Shown: piece after piece, positions 51,365 through 63,739 of the stretch | How the letters are laid out: each line of letters opens with the position of its first letter | Position numbering within the stretch: position 1 is the stretch's first letter | Assembly: GCA_030390025.1 (NCBI GenBank) | Contig: CM059432.1 | Span: forward strand, 53,260,001-53,324,000 | DNA: 64,000 bases | Direction: 5' to 3' | Source: Squalus acanthias | Taxonomy: Eukaryota | Notes under the pieces: model-generated | The model's database searches: none | What the model was told of the DNA's origin: nothing | Seen by the model: only the letters and a program-made list of their open reading frames with translations | Made by a program: the position numbers and the translations under genes

Positions 51365-51654
51365 TCACAAGGGTAGTCACTTGGGTGTTCTGTTCTTTTC
51401 TGTTGTGTATAATTTTTGACATTGTCATCCTTTTGTGAATGGATTAAACAGAAGTGATGGCAAACAGTTGAAGATCTGGCCTATGTGATCTCGGAAATGG
51501 AAGTTCCACATTGAGGGCTCGTGGCGACTTGCATTTGTAATGATGGTGGTCAGAGTGATAGGAACCCACAGATTCTTGTACATTGTGTATGGTGTGTTAA
51601 GAAGGTGCCAGCCACATTTGTTTGATTTGTCTACTTAAGCGAATCTGGCAAAGA

Positions 51655-52845
51655 TTAGTGCATCCCTTGCATCACGGGCAGCAATGTGCTCGTGTCTGCT
51701 GGAACTGGCGCATCCGCCTCCGCAAGGTCCTCCTCCTCCTCCTCCTCCTCCTCTATGTGCTGAGCCACTTGTTCCTCAGGCAGCTGCAAGCCACGATGCT
51801 GTGCGATGTTGTGCAGTGCACAGCAGACCACGACGATTCTGGAGACCCTGGCTGCTGAATACTGTAGGGCTCCACCTGCTCTGTCAAGGCATCTGAATCG
51901 CATCTTCAGCAAGCCGATGGTTTGCTCAATGATGGATCTGGTCGAAATGTGGCTGGCATTGTAGCGCTCCTCTGCATCGTTCGATGGCCTCCTCAACGGC
52001 GTCATCAGCCACGTCTTCAGAGGATAGCCCTTGTCTCCAAGTAGCCATCCGGAAAGTTGGTTTGGCGGATTGAAGAGCAGAGGCACACTAGACTGTCGAA
52101 GGATGAACAAGTCATGGCAACTGCCAGGGTACTTCGCGCAAACATGCAATATGTCCTTCCTGTGGTTACACACCAGCTGCACGTTGAGGGAGTGGAAGCC
52201 CTTGCAGTTGACAAAAACAGCTGGGTTGTGATGGGGTGCCCTAAAGGCGACATGTGTGCAGTCTATGACTCCCTGCACCCTTGGCAAGCCTGCCATATTT
52301 GCAAAGCCAACCGCATGCGCGGTTACACTTGCTTGATCCATCGAGAAATGGATGTAGTTGTGTGCCTTGGCAAAGAGGGCATCGGTAACCTGCGTGATGC
52401 AAGTGTGTGCGGCCGACTGGGAGATGCCGCTGATGTCTGCTAATGAGCCCTGGAAGGACCCTGAAGCAAAAAAATTGAGGGCGGTGGTGACTTTGACAGC
52501 CACTGGTAAGGGGTGTCCACCCGCTCCTCTGGGCTCCAGGTGTTGGTGCAGCATTGCGCAGATGTCACCGACTACCTCTCGCGAAAGTCTCAGCCTCCTT
52601 TGGCACTGCTGCTCAATCATATTGAGGAAGGTCATCCTCGGCCTGTAAACCCTGTGTTGGGGGTATCTCCTGTGGCGACATGCAGCCCTGCGCTGACGCC
52701 CTCTGCCCTGTGCAGCATCAGGTGGGTGAGGAGGAGGTTGGCGCTCCTGCTGTTGGTGCTGCTGTTGTTCCTGGTTCTGCTGCTGCCATGGCTGCTTGTC
52801 CTCCGAATCTGAGGACCAGGATGAAAGGAAATAAATGGTTCCCAT
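51655..52845 (-). CDS. Harbinger (HARBI1-like) DDE transposase, 396 aa
   Basis: [51 protein letters not shown] motifs in one open frame; probable frameshift in the last ~15 codons. Confidence 0.9.
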   Translation of the reverse strand: MGTIYFLSSWSSDSEDKQPWQQQNQEQQQHQQQERQPPPHPPDAAQGRGRQRRAACRHRRYPQHRVYRPRMTFLNMIEQQCQRRLRLSREVVGDICAMLHQHLEPRGAGGHPLPVAVKVTTALNFFASGSFQGSLADISGISQSAAHTCITQVTDALFAKAHNYIHFSMDQASVTAHAVGFANMAGLPRVQGVIDCTHVAFRAPHHNPAVFVNCKGFHSLNVQLVCNHRKDILHVCAKYPGSCHDLFILRQSSVPLLFNPPNQLSGWLLGDKGYPLKTWLMTPLRRPSNDAEERYNASHISTRSIIEQTIGLLKMRFRCLDRAGGALQYSAARVSRIVVVCCALHNIAQHRGLQLPEEQVAQHIEEEEEEEEDLAEADAPVPADTSTLLPVMQGMH

Positions 52846-54561
52846 GCTGCTGGTAGATATCTCCGTTGAAGAAGTGCTCAGTCAATGTGGGGAGAGGGTT
52901 TTCCCAGGAGGTCACAGTGGAGATGGATCTCAGCTTCACCACTTCCAAGATCAGTAGACCTGCAAAAAGTTTTCCAAGACCTGAAAAATTAAAGTTCTGC
53001 CACCTGCAACTGATCCTTGTTGAGAGCTCTGTTTTTATGCTGGAGCTGCAGCTGTCAAGAAGGCAGCCACTTGTCAATCTGACACAATTAGCTGGCGTGG
53101 TTTGGGAATGGCGTGGAACATGCAGAAAAAGTGGTAAAATGTAAAATGGCTGTCAAAATGGCATTATCCAGGCAGTTAACAAGCAGTTAACTGCCTTAAG
53201 TGCCTATCCCGCCGCTTGGTGGCGGGACCGAATGGGAGTCAGGGAGCCCACCTTTGGCAAAGTTGAACGGGTTGACAGCGGGATCGGAACCCGGCATCAT
53301 TTTTGCTATTTTACCACCTGTCCCACCTCCAAACCCGCCCCAAGCGCCGGCAAAACGCAGCCAAAGTATTTGTTTAATTTCTCTGCCATTTCCCTATTCC
53401 CCATTATAATTTCTCCTGTCTCAGCCTTTAAGGGTCCCATATTTACTTTCGCTAATCTTTTCCTTTTTACATACTTTCTATAGAAGCTTTGACAATCTGT
53501 TTTTACGTCTCTTCCTAGTTGGCTCTCATATTCAATTTTCCCTTTCTTTATCAATTTCTTAGTCCTCCTTTGCTGAATTCTAAAATCCTCCCAATCCTCA
53601 GGTTTACTACTCTTTCTGGCAACATTATAAGCCTCTTCCTTTAATCTAATACTACCTTTAACTTCTCTTATTAGATACTGTTGGACCATTTTTCCCGTAG
53701 GGTTTTGGGTGGCTAAATTGGATAAGGCCTGAAAATGGGCACGAGAATCGCGATGCGCGATCTGCCCGTGCCCGTTGAAGGTATTGCAGGAAGCACGTGA
53801 AATTCGTGCTGCCTGCTCATTAACATGATTGCAGTGCTGAGCCCAACACTAAACGTGCTGCTGGTTGGCTCAGCGCTCAACAGTGAGGAGTCTTCTCACT
53901 ATTTAAAGGTTGCTTGCAAAGTGAAAGGCTGTCTGCACTTCTTAAAGGGGAGGTGCTTTGTGAGAGAAGTACCTCATTCTGACTGGAGCTGGAATTAGCA
54001 AAGTCTCAACAGGGCTGAGAAAAGGTACCTCGGTTCTCCGATTCAGCACTGGAGGCCTTGGTGCAGGGGGTCTTCAGGAGCAGACAGGCCCTCTACCCAC
54101 AGGGGGCCAGGAGGCACTCCAGAAACACTGTTCGAAGGCAGTGGGAGGAGATCACTGAAGAGGTTAGTGCCACCAGGCTTTCCCTCAGGACATGGATCCA
54201 GTGTCGGAAGAAGTCCAATGACCTCACACGAGTGGTCAAGGTGAGTGAATGCATCTGCAAATGCCATATCCCACCGACTGCAGCACCAACCTCACACACT
54301 GCTCAATGCACCACACCCTCATCACTCACCTACCAACAATCTCTAGCAATCAGGACTCATACCTCACAATCATAGCTTCACCTCACCCTCACACACTTAC
54401 CACAGCTGCAAGCCTCACACCCACATCTCACACCTTGCACACGATGCCAGCTATTCATCCATGACAGGCACATCACTCAAACACATTGCACCACTCTCAC
54501 CGACACACTTCCCTTTCTCATGCAGGCTAAGTTGGCTCACAATCGGTACGAGCAGGAACAA

Positions 54562-55693
54562 GAAGGTAAGAGCCCATGGGATCCAGGGCAATTTGGCACA
54601 TTGGATCCAAAATTGGCTTAGTGACAGGAGGCAGAGGGTGATGGTCGAAGGTTGTTTTTGTGACTGGAAGCCTGTGTCCAGTGGTGTACCGCAGGGATCG
54701 GTGCTGGGTCCTTTGCTGTTTGTAGTGTACATTAATGATTTAGATATGAATGTAGGAGGTATGATCAGTAAGTTCGCAGATGACACGAAAATTAGTGGAG
54801 TGGTAAATAGCGAGGAGGGAAGCCTCAGGCTACAGGACGATATAGACAGGTTGGTTAGATGGGCAGAACAGTGACAAATGGAATTTAACCCTGAAAAGTG
54901 TGAGGTGATGCATTTTGGGAGGACTAACAAGGCAAGGGAATACACGATGAATGGTAGGACCCTAGGAAGGACAGAGGATCAGAGGGACCTTGGTGTGCAT
55001 GTACATAGATCCCTGAAGGCAGCAGGACAGGTAGATAAGGTGGTTAAAAAGGCATATGGGATACTTGCCTTCATTAGCCGAGGCATAGAATATAAGAGCA
55101 GGGAGGTTATGATGGAGCTGTACAAAACACTAGTTAGGCCACAGCTGGAATACTGTGTGCAGTTCTGGTCGCCACACTATAGGAGGGATGTGATTGCATT
55201 GAAGAGGGTGCAGAGGAGATTCACCAGGATGTTACCTGGGCTGGAGCGCTTCAGCTATGAAGAGAGACTGGACAGGCTGGGGTTGTTTTCCTTAGAGCAG
55301 AGAAGGCTGAGGGGGGACCTGATTGAGGTGTACAAAATTATGAGGGGCATAGATAGGGTAGATAGAAAGGAACTTTTCCCCTTAGTAGAGGGGTCAATAA
55401 CCAGGGGGCATAGTTTCAAGGTAAGGGGCAAGAGGTTTAGAGGGGATTTGAGGAAAAACTTTTTCACCCAGAGGGTGGTTGGAATCTGGAACTCACTGCC
55501 TGAAAGGGTGGTAGAGGCAGGAACCCTCACAACATTCAAGAAGCGTTGAGATGAGCATTTGAAATGCCATAGCATACAAGGCTACGGACCAAGTGCTGGA
55601 AAATGGGATTAGAATAGACAGGGCTTGATGGCCGGCGCGGACACGATGGGCCGAAGGGCCTCTTTCTGTGCTGTATACTATGACTCTATGACT
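54562..55693 (+). mobile_element. CR1 LINE 3' portion inserted in Myb exon 2
   Basis: ORFs 54461..54874 and 54878..55549; (CTATGACT)n tail. Confidence 0.93.
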
Positions 55694-56331
55694 AAACGGG
55701 TGGGGGGCAAGCACGGCTGCAGAACCTGACTCAGCTTGAGGAGACCATGCAGGAGATAATTGGAGGGGCCATAACTGAGGCCTTGGCGATCGGTGAGGCT
55801 GAAAGCATTGATGATGATGGTATGCTCATACCTAATCTTCTTCTCACATCCCGCTTCCCCCTCATCCCACAATCTCTTCTCACTTACAAGCTGCTGTTGG
55901 TGTAAGCATACACATCTTGCTTTTCCCTCCCGCCCCTCACCACAACTCGACCCTTGTGCCTTTCTCCTTTCAGATATGCAAGAACTCCAATCTGGCCAGC
56001 CTGTGCAGGAAGAAGTAGAGGAGAGAATGATGGAGAAGAGACACCTTCATTCGATTTGACACTCCCAGGCACCAGCTCAGAAAATGGCACTGCTCAAAAT
56101 TTAGAGGGTAGTATAGAGGCAGGATCTGCATGTGGTGAGTCACCGGGCATGAGTGGGCTGTAGCCAGGCCATGGGGAAAGGGTAGCGCAGGTGCCAGCTC
56201 CCCGGATGGCAAGCTCACACATGAATTCTGTTGCACAGGACTCAGATGAGGACATTGATGGGGCAGCCATCAGAAGAAGGGCAATGGGCATGCACACGTA
56301 AATGCTTGGTACAATGGCAGGCCTGCCAGAG

Positions 56332-57701
56332 TGCAAGTGGTTTTTGATCCTAGCCCAATTGCTAGACGGACGGTTCGAATCGCCCCCGCCTTACGAAAGT
56401 TCTATACCCGGGAATTATTATTCAGAGTGTAAATGAAATAAGTCACGGACAGGAATGCTTCGGTGAAAAATCAAACTTATATTTATTTGGTCTAACATAC
56501 ACTGGCTAAAACATGCACTACTAAACAAAATCACTGTCTCTGTGGAGAATAAAATCCAGGTTACAAACAACATACATGCTGACATGAATCTTGTCATTCA
56601 TGTGGAAATGACTTATGAAATAATACTGAGTGGCCTGCGGGTGGCGCTGTCCAGTGAGAGTATAAATACTCGGGCACGGGCCCAGCTTGCGCAGGACATT
56701 CTTAACAGGAACTATGGAAGGACACAACTAGACCTCCATGTTGTAAACCAGTTGATTAAGGCTTTGGTTAACGCTTAGACCAAGTGCCTAGTAGTTTTCT
56801 TACGTCACATACAGTACAAAACTGAGGACTATGACAAGCAGTAATTCCCTTGTTGCTATGGTGGACTCTAATTCCACCCCTACCAATGAATTACCCAGTT
56901 GCATAAGCCATTTTGCCTGGCTGAACCAAACGAAGCTCCCACCCTCGGAATAGCCCAAAAGCTTCACTTCTGAGAAAAACTCTGAGCCCTCTGGTTACCG
57001 GCTTGGGACACTCGAGACCATGCTTACCACCACACACAGTCGGTCTCGATCGCTCCGCTTTGCTGCTTCTTCCTCTGGTACTTCTTCTTGCTAGGTCTAT
57101 CTTGGTGCAGCGAGAGAGAGAGAGAGAGAGAGAGAATGGTGGGAAAGGATCTATCTTTATAGGAGTCTCGCTACCCCTATCTTTCCCGCCAATCTTTAAA
57201 ATCCTTTTGTTTCTAAGCTTAATCAGTGATGGGTCATCCTCAGACCCATGAGTATTCCATGATTGGACTAATGGCCCTAAGTCTGGGACATATTTTGGTC
57301 TTTGTGTTGGGAAAAACTGACTCCTCTTCGGCTGGCTAGGCCAGTGGGTTCATTGTTCTGCTTCTCTTCTGAGATGGAGGTGAGAAGTGCTTTTGCATAT
57401 TAGAGTGGTTTTCTAATAGGTTCAAGTTCAACGGGTGCCTCAGGGTCCTCAGCCCCTTTGTCAATGGCCCCCCTTCCTTTTTCCAGGACTGTCGGGCGAA
57501 CACATACATTCTGGATGACTGACAGTTCTTTTGTCACAGCCAACTGCCATGCGTTCTCTGGAGTTTTAACAAACCAGTTTTTCACATATCTGCACAGGGT
57601 GATCCCATCACAGGGAAAATACCCTCAGAAAAATCCCATAAAGTCCACAAAATATTCTCGACTGAGTCCATTCTTCAAACAGAGACTTTGCGATCTCTTC
57701 A
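56332..57701 (-). mobile_element. Putative long solo LTR (about 1.37 kb) inserted in Myb exon 3
   Basis: Flanking Myb sequence rejoins at duplicated cagagtgc; TGAAG...TGCA ends; minus-strand TATAAA 57156-57161 and AATAAA 56482-56487; (AG)n 57112-57135. Confidence 0.6.
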
Positions 57702-58084
57702 GAGTGCCTCTTGTCACTGTCAAGGAGCATGGAGGAGTCTGGGTCCAACATTGCATGGGGCTTTGCGCGGAGTTTTGAGCCCATGATTTCCAGGATGGAA
57801 GTGATGGGCAACTCTATTAGAGCGCTTGTGGACCCATCCATGATGTTGGGCATGATGGGCAATGTCGCAGCTTCCATTGCAGCACAAGTGGAAGTGACCC
57901 AACATCTGAGTGCTGCAGTGGAAGCTCAGACTTCTGCCATGTAGGCTCAGCTTGCTGCCACGCAAGGTCAGACTGCTACCATCTTGGCTGGGTTTATGAG
58001 TGTGGAAAGGGGCTTACAGGGTCTCACAGCAGTCCAGCAATCTGTCCTGCAACAGATGGGTAGGAATGCTGAGGCGCCCCCCCC

Positions 58085-58830
58085 ACCCCCCTTACCCCCC
58101 CTGATTGGCATTGGTGGCTGGAAGGTTGCTGGCATAGCGGACTGGCGCAGGATGAAGGCCTGTGTACTCTGGCAGTATCAGGATTGGAGGTCACTGGCAG
58201 GAGCATCCCTGGACGTACGTGAGATGTTGGCCCCATTATGATAGGCCCTAGAACCTGTGCAATTGGAGTCTCTGCTGTAGATGTCCACGGAGTTGACACA
58301 TATAGTATGCAGTAAACTGCAGGGCAGAGAAACCTCCCTGTACGACTGCACAGGTGCAACTAATCGACGTCACCACACCCGTAGTCAGATGTTGCAAGGG
58401 TATTTTAGACAGACTCAAGTGACTCCTGTAGCTGATCCTGCTTAGATATTAGTCGCCTTCTGAATGCCGAACTGTGAAGTCTGAATCCATAGGCATTGTA
58501 TCTGAGCAAAGATCCACACTGGCCCTCTGGACAGCAGGCTCCTGCAACTCTTCCACCACCACCACCATTTGTTTCTCTTCATGCATGCAGTGTAATTTAC
58601 CTGGTGCTGTGCTGGTGCTTATGATAGTTAGTGTGAATGCCATATGGGCTGTGAGGTATTGGTTTGCTCAGGGTCACTCACAATGCTGGCAGGCTGTTCT
58701 TCCAGGCCTTACTACCGCAGTCCTTACAACGACCATGTGGTTGCCTTCGTTCAGTCTGTTTTATGGGTCTTGCCCTCACTTCATTACAAATAAAACCAAC
58801 ACCAAATCCAGAAAAAAAATCGTCTAACAA
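58085..58830 (-). mobile_element. Highly decayed Harbinger Myb gene fragment
   Basis: ORF 58449..58643 resembles exon-3 sequence (STST...DSDF) of neighbouring copies. Confidence 0.4.
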
Positions 58831-58859
58831 CTAAATACCATCTCTAATAGTGAACAGAA

Positions 58860-60897
58860 ATAATTATGACTCACCCTTGTGCACTTCCTTAGTGCCTGTT
58901 TTGTGTGCTCGTTTCCCTATCCTAGTGCTCCTACGAAGTGATCCCCCAATGGCTACAGCTTGGGAGGTGGAATGTTGTTTAGCTTCCATTGAGGACACTT
59001 CAGATGGTCGTGGAGGATGACCTCAAGCAGCTGTGGGCCTAGAGGGCCTGGATATAGACTGCAGTATCTCAGCATGGGTCAGAACAGTCTAGCCCAGCTG
59101 GCTGTGTGGACTAACAAGGGCACTGGTGGAGTGGGTGGCGGGGAAGCAGGCATGTTTTTGTCCCGAGAGAGGACAGCAGATGCCTCTCCCATGGAGCCAA
59201 GGCCATTCTCCTGAGCCTGTGCCTCAGCAATCCTCCGGCTCTGCACGAGAACAGAGTGCTGGAGTGATGTGATGCTGTGTCAACACTGCCCCTGGAGCCA
59301 AGATGGAAGCTGTCTGAGCTTCCATGGCAGCTGTGAGAGTTGTCAGGAGAGGCTCCATGATGGTGGGTGCCACTGTTGTGTTCATGGAGCTGACCATGTT
59401 GTACAGAATGGACTCCTTTCTCGACGTGAAGCCATGGCACAAGTTGGAGCTGGACTCCTCCATGCTCTGCGACATTATGCACAAGCTTGCTGGCAGGCTG
59501 CTCAGTGCATCTAGCTTTCCTGGTATAGGCCCATCAGTCTTCTTCAGTAGACTTGGCCTTCAAAGTCTGCATCTGAGTCCTCTGCTGCAGATCTAGTATG
59601 TGATGCCGTCCTCCAGTGAGCTGACACCTGTGGTGTCCTATCTTCCTGCCCTAGCTCCTCCATACTTGTGGCCAGTATTTTCCCACATGAAGACACCTCT
59701 TGTAGCCTAGCCTCTAAAGCACATCTGGCACCATTATCTGAGCAGGTGCTTGAGAGGGTGAGATCGAGTGACACTGCTTCTTCAAGAAGGCTGGCCTCCT
59801 CTGCCTCCACTGGGAGAGGGACGTTCGCATGTTCAGCACCTGAAATGAAATAGAGGGATAAGGGTTAGCTTTTAGTGTGAAGGGAGAGCAGAGGAAGAAG
59901 TGGCTACTGAAAGCATTTGCAGCATGGCGTGCAGTGTGTAGGGTGAAGAAACCCTGTGCAATGTCTCCTCCAGCATTGCCAGTCACCAGGGCCATGACTC
60001 AGTCCCCTACTCATGATGGCCAGCATGTTTGCCTCGAGGGGGAAGAGTGTGTGCAGGTGGACTCGGCCTCCTCCGCTGTTCAGCCTCCTGCCTGGAGTAG
60101 CACGCAATCTTCTCCTGCAAGAAAGAAGGGAGTGTGTTAGTGACAGTCTTGAGAGGTGTTTGTAGAATGTGCCTATTATGGTGGAATAGCTGATATGCAG
60201 TGTGGGGAAGTCAGGGTTGCAGCAGTGGTGAGTGTGTGTAGGATGAGAAGGAGTGTAATGAATTGTGGTACAGTGATTGTAGGAGAGTAGAGGGTAGCAG
60301 GGAGGGGAGTATTGTGACTGGTGAGGCTGGGGGTGGTGAATGTGTGAGCAGAGAGTAAGAGAGTAGTATTCTTACCTTGACAACTCTAGTGAGGTCATTG
60401 AACTTCTTTCGGCATTGCAGCCATGATCTTGGAGCTAAGCTGCTGGCATTGACCACGTCAGTGATGTCTTCCAACTGGCGGTGAAGTTGTTGCCTGGAGG
60501 GCTTTCTCTCTCCTGGGGGGAACAGAATCTCCCTCCTCCTGTCTACTGCGTGCACCAGGGCCTCCACGGCAGCATCAGAAAACGTTGATGTTCTCTCAAT
60601 GCTTGCTGTAACCATTTCTCTGTTCAGAACTGTTTCCTTCCTTCTGCAGCCAGACTGCACCTCCCCTTTAAGAGGTGCCAGTTGTCTTTAAGTAGTGTCA
60701 GAGACGCTGGATATCCAACCCCCCAAATAGGCGTGTTGCCAATGAGTAGTGCGGGTAGCGCTGGCTGCACGCCTAAGTCATAATAATGAGCAGGTAGCAC
60801 GAGCTTTACTTGCTTCCTGGAACAACGCTAACCAGCACGTCCAGTGCGCACCTTGCCGCTGCGCGCCTGTTTTCAGGCCCAAGCAAATTTCTAGGCC
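58860..60897 (-). mobile_element. Myb/SANT-only Harbinger derivative
   Basis: TIR end aaatttctaggcc; exon 1 60376-60615 'FSDAAVEALV..RSWLQCRKKFNDLTRVVK'; acceptors near 60115 and 59840. Confidence 0.8.
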
Positions 60898-61716
60898 AAG
60901 ATGTTAAAAAAAGGAATTTTCAAATTCTAACCAGAAACGACGTAGGATTTATACATATAAAAAGCTATCTCTGAATTATTTATACTGCTTAATTCAAATG
61001 ACGTGACCAAATTAATATTATAAAATATAAATTGTAATATTAGTCAGGGTCAGGAAAAGAACTTTCCCGAGCAATTTGTCAATTTATTTTTAGTACAAAC
61101 TATATTGGTACTTGAATAGAACATTAATCTTCGCTATCTTCATAAATGCCAAGTAATAACATTGATTTTTACAAAAAGTAATTGCAAGAGTCAGAACATT
61201 AATGAATTAGAACTTTTAATATATAATGCTAAAAGTTTTAAGGTCGTGCAGTAGGCGTTCTTTCACATATATCTCCTCTTTATGCCATTTTCATGAAATA
61301 TCGCATTGCCAGAAAACGTATGAATTTGTGCCATAGATGTGAAAAGCACCAGTGTCTGAGACATGCATATAATCATGTTGAGCTTAATTGATAGATTTGA
61401 TTAGATACCATGGCTGGCTTGTTTCCTTCCAACCTTACCCTAAGAGCTCAAAACTCCTTGCAGGAAATAAAGCATGAAAGTAGAAAATGCTTGTGAAGTA
61501 AACTAAAAGCAAGATGGCAACAACTAATTAAGATTGAAGAAATGAGGGGAAACCTGTTGAGTGAGGGGTCTTTGGATGAATATGTTAGACATCTTAAGCA
61601 AGCATAACAATGGGAATGGAAACCAGCTGGAAATAAACGTATATCTGGGAATAAGTGGAGACACCTTGAAGTGATGGACATCAGAAAGAAATATGCAAAG
61701 GAATATTTGAGTCAAT

Positions 61717-63700
61717 GGCCTTGAAATTCGAGCACGCTTGAAATTTGGGTGCTCAGGGACAATTTGAAAATCATGCAGAGAGCTCATTATAATGAGTTTG
61801 GAGTGCAACCAGGACTACCCGTGCTGCTTAATGTCTGCTCGCCTATGGGGGGTGGGGGGTGGATGGGAAATCGGGCTTCACTGATGCCACTTAAAGGCAG
61901 CCAACACCTCTTAAAGGGGAGGTGCACTCTGACTGCAGACAGCAGGGAAACTTTGCAAGTGGAGAAATGGTTACAAGAGGTACAGAGAGGGCACCCAGTT
62001 ACTCTGATGCAGTGTTGAAGGCCCTAGTCGAGATAGTAGACAGGAGGAGGGAGGCCTGCACTGCCAGCGGGAAGAGGTTGCAGAGGAAATCAATGCCAAG
62101 AGCTTAGATCCCAGGACATAGCTGCAATCCTGTGAAAAATTCAATTACCTTACCAGAGTCAAAATAAGAAACTTACCTCTCACCTCAATTACTCTCTCCT
62201 CATACCTACATCACCTCCAGCCTCACTACTAACAGCACTCCCCTCTCTGCTTCTCTTCACTTTCCTATAATCACTGCACCACATTTCACTCCACCTCCTT
62301 CTCCTCTGCACTTCCTACTCTCACCACTGTTGCAACCATTACTTCCCCACACCTCACATCTTCCACACAACAAACAAACTATTTGATCATGACACGCACA
62401 TTCTCAAAACAGCTCACAAGGTTGTCACTAACACACTCCCTTCTTTCTTGTAAGAGAAGGTCGCACACAACATGAGGCAAGAAGCAGTGACCGGAGTGGT
62501 ACGAGTCCACCTGTGCACCCTACTGGCCATCACAGGTAGGGAGTGTCATGGCTGTGGTGAATGTCAATGTGAGAGGAGATGTCGCACAGGTTTTCTTCAA
62601 CACCTTATCCTCTTTTTCCCTTCTTACTTCTATCTCACCCTACACACTCTGCACGACAAACTGCAAATATTTTCAGCAGCCACTCATCTCTCTCTGCTCT
62701 TCCTTCATACTAAAAGCTAACCCTTGTCGCTCTCTTTCATTTCAGGTGCTGACAATGCGGTGTCCCCTCTGACACTTCAGGTAGAGGGGGCCAGCCTTCT
62801 TAAAGAAGCATCGTCACTCAATCTGACTAGAGCAAGAACCAGCTCAGAGAAGGGCACCAAGTGTAGTTTAGAGTGTAGGTTAGAGGAGGGGTCATCACGT
62901 GGTGAATCACCGGCCATAAATGTGCAGGAGCTAGGGCAGGGGGAAAGGAAGCCACTGATGCCAGCTCACAAGAGGACGAGATCATATACTAGCTCTGCTG
63001 CGGAGGACTAAAGTGCAGACGTCAAGGGCCCAGCTGACTGAAGAAGGCTGATGGGTATACACCAGAAAATGTTAGATGCTATGGACAGCCTGCTAGTGAG
63101 CTTGCACATGATGGGGGGTTTCAGCTCCAACTTGTATCAAGGCTTCGTGCAGAGCCTGGAGACCATTCTGTCCAGCATGGACTGAGTGGACAGCTCCATC
63201 AACGTGAGAGTGCCGCTCATCATCATGAACTTTCTCCTGACAGCTTTCACAGCTGCCATGGAAGCTCAGACAGCTGCCACGTTGGCTCTAGGGGATAGTA
63301 TTGACAAAGGCTTTTAGAGCATCACATCACTCCTGTGCTTTGATCTCGCGCAGAGCCACAGGAATGGGACATAGTCTCAGGAGAGTGGCACGTTTCACTG
63401 CTTCTGTAGCAAGCAGGTATATCCATCCTTCCCAGGGGATTTAGAAGGTCAGTTTGAGAAGGCTGCACTGGTTTTTTTTTAATTCGTTTATGGGATGTGG
63501 ACGTCGCTGGCAAGGCCAGCATTTAATGCCCATGCCTAATTGCTCTTGAGAAGGTGGTGGTGAGCCGAATGCACTGGTTGATACAAATGAGTGACAGTGA
63601 GCAGGTGGTGGTGGCAGAGGAGGAGCAGGAACCTGATGACTAGAGGGCCAGTTTATATCCTTCCTTAGCTGTAGAGCCCAGGGATTCGGGCTTCACTGGA
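61717..63700 (+). mobile_element. Myb/SANT-only Harbinger derivative, decayed
   Basis: Start ggccttgaaattcg; 'RAPSYSDAVLKALVEIVDRRRE'; homologous to 58860-60897. Confidence 0.75.
63474..63569 (-). mobile_element. 96-bp 3' tip of the poly(A)-tailed LINE family
   Basis: Poly(T) plus the family's 3' UTR; 10-bp TSD tgcactggtt (63464-63473, 63570-63579). Confidence 0.88.
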
Positions 63701-63739
63701 CCTGGATTTAAAAAGAGAGGCAGTCTGACTACCAACATT

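Larger units (their letters stand above)
49133..53362. mobile_element. Full-length PIF/Harbinger DNA transposon (4.2 kb)
   Basis: TIR ggccacgattt / aaaacgcagcc, TSD aaa, convergent Myb/SANT gene and transposase. Confidence 0.92.
48985..53700 (-). mobile_element. CR1 ORF2 fragment split by a Harbinger insertion (48985-49132 and 53363-53700)
   Basis: ORF 53306..53689 homologous to 11800-12130; halves rejoin at aaa. Confidence 0.85.
53708..58080 (+). mobile_element. Myb/SANT-only Harbinger derivative, interrupted by CR1 and a putative LTR
   Basis: Exon 1 to 54240 ('RTWIQCRKKSNDLTRVVK|gtgagt'), exon 2 54526-55819 (split), exon 3 from 55974 (split); no transposase seen. Confidence 0.8.

Noticed and set aside
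51655..52845. Host HARBI1 gene
   Set aside because: The ORF sits between TIRs and a TSD with a convergent Myb gene inside a CR1, so it is a transposon copy
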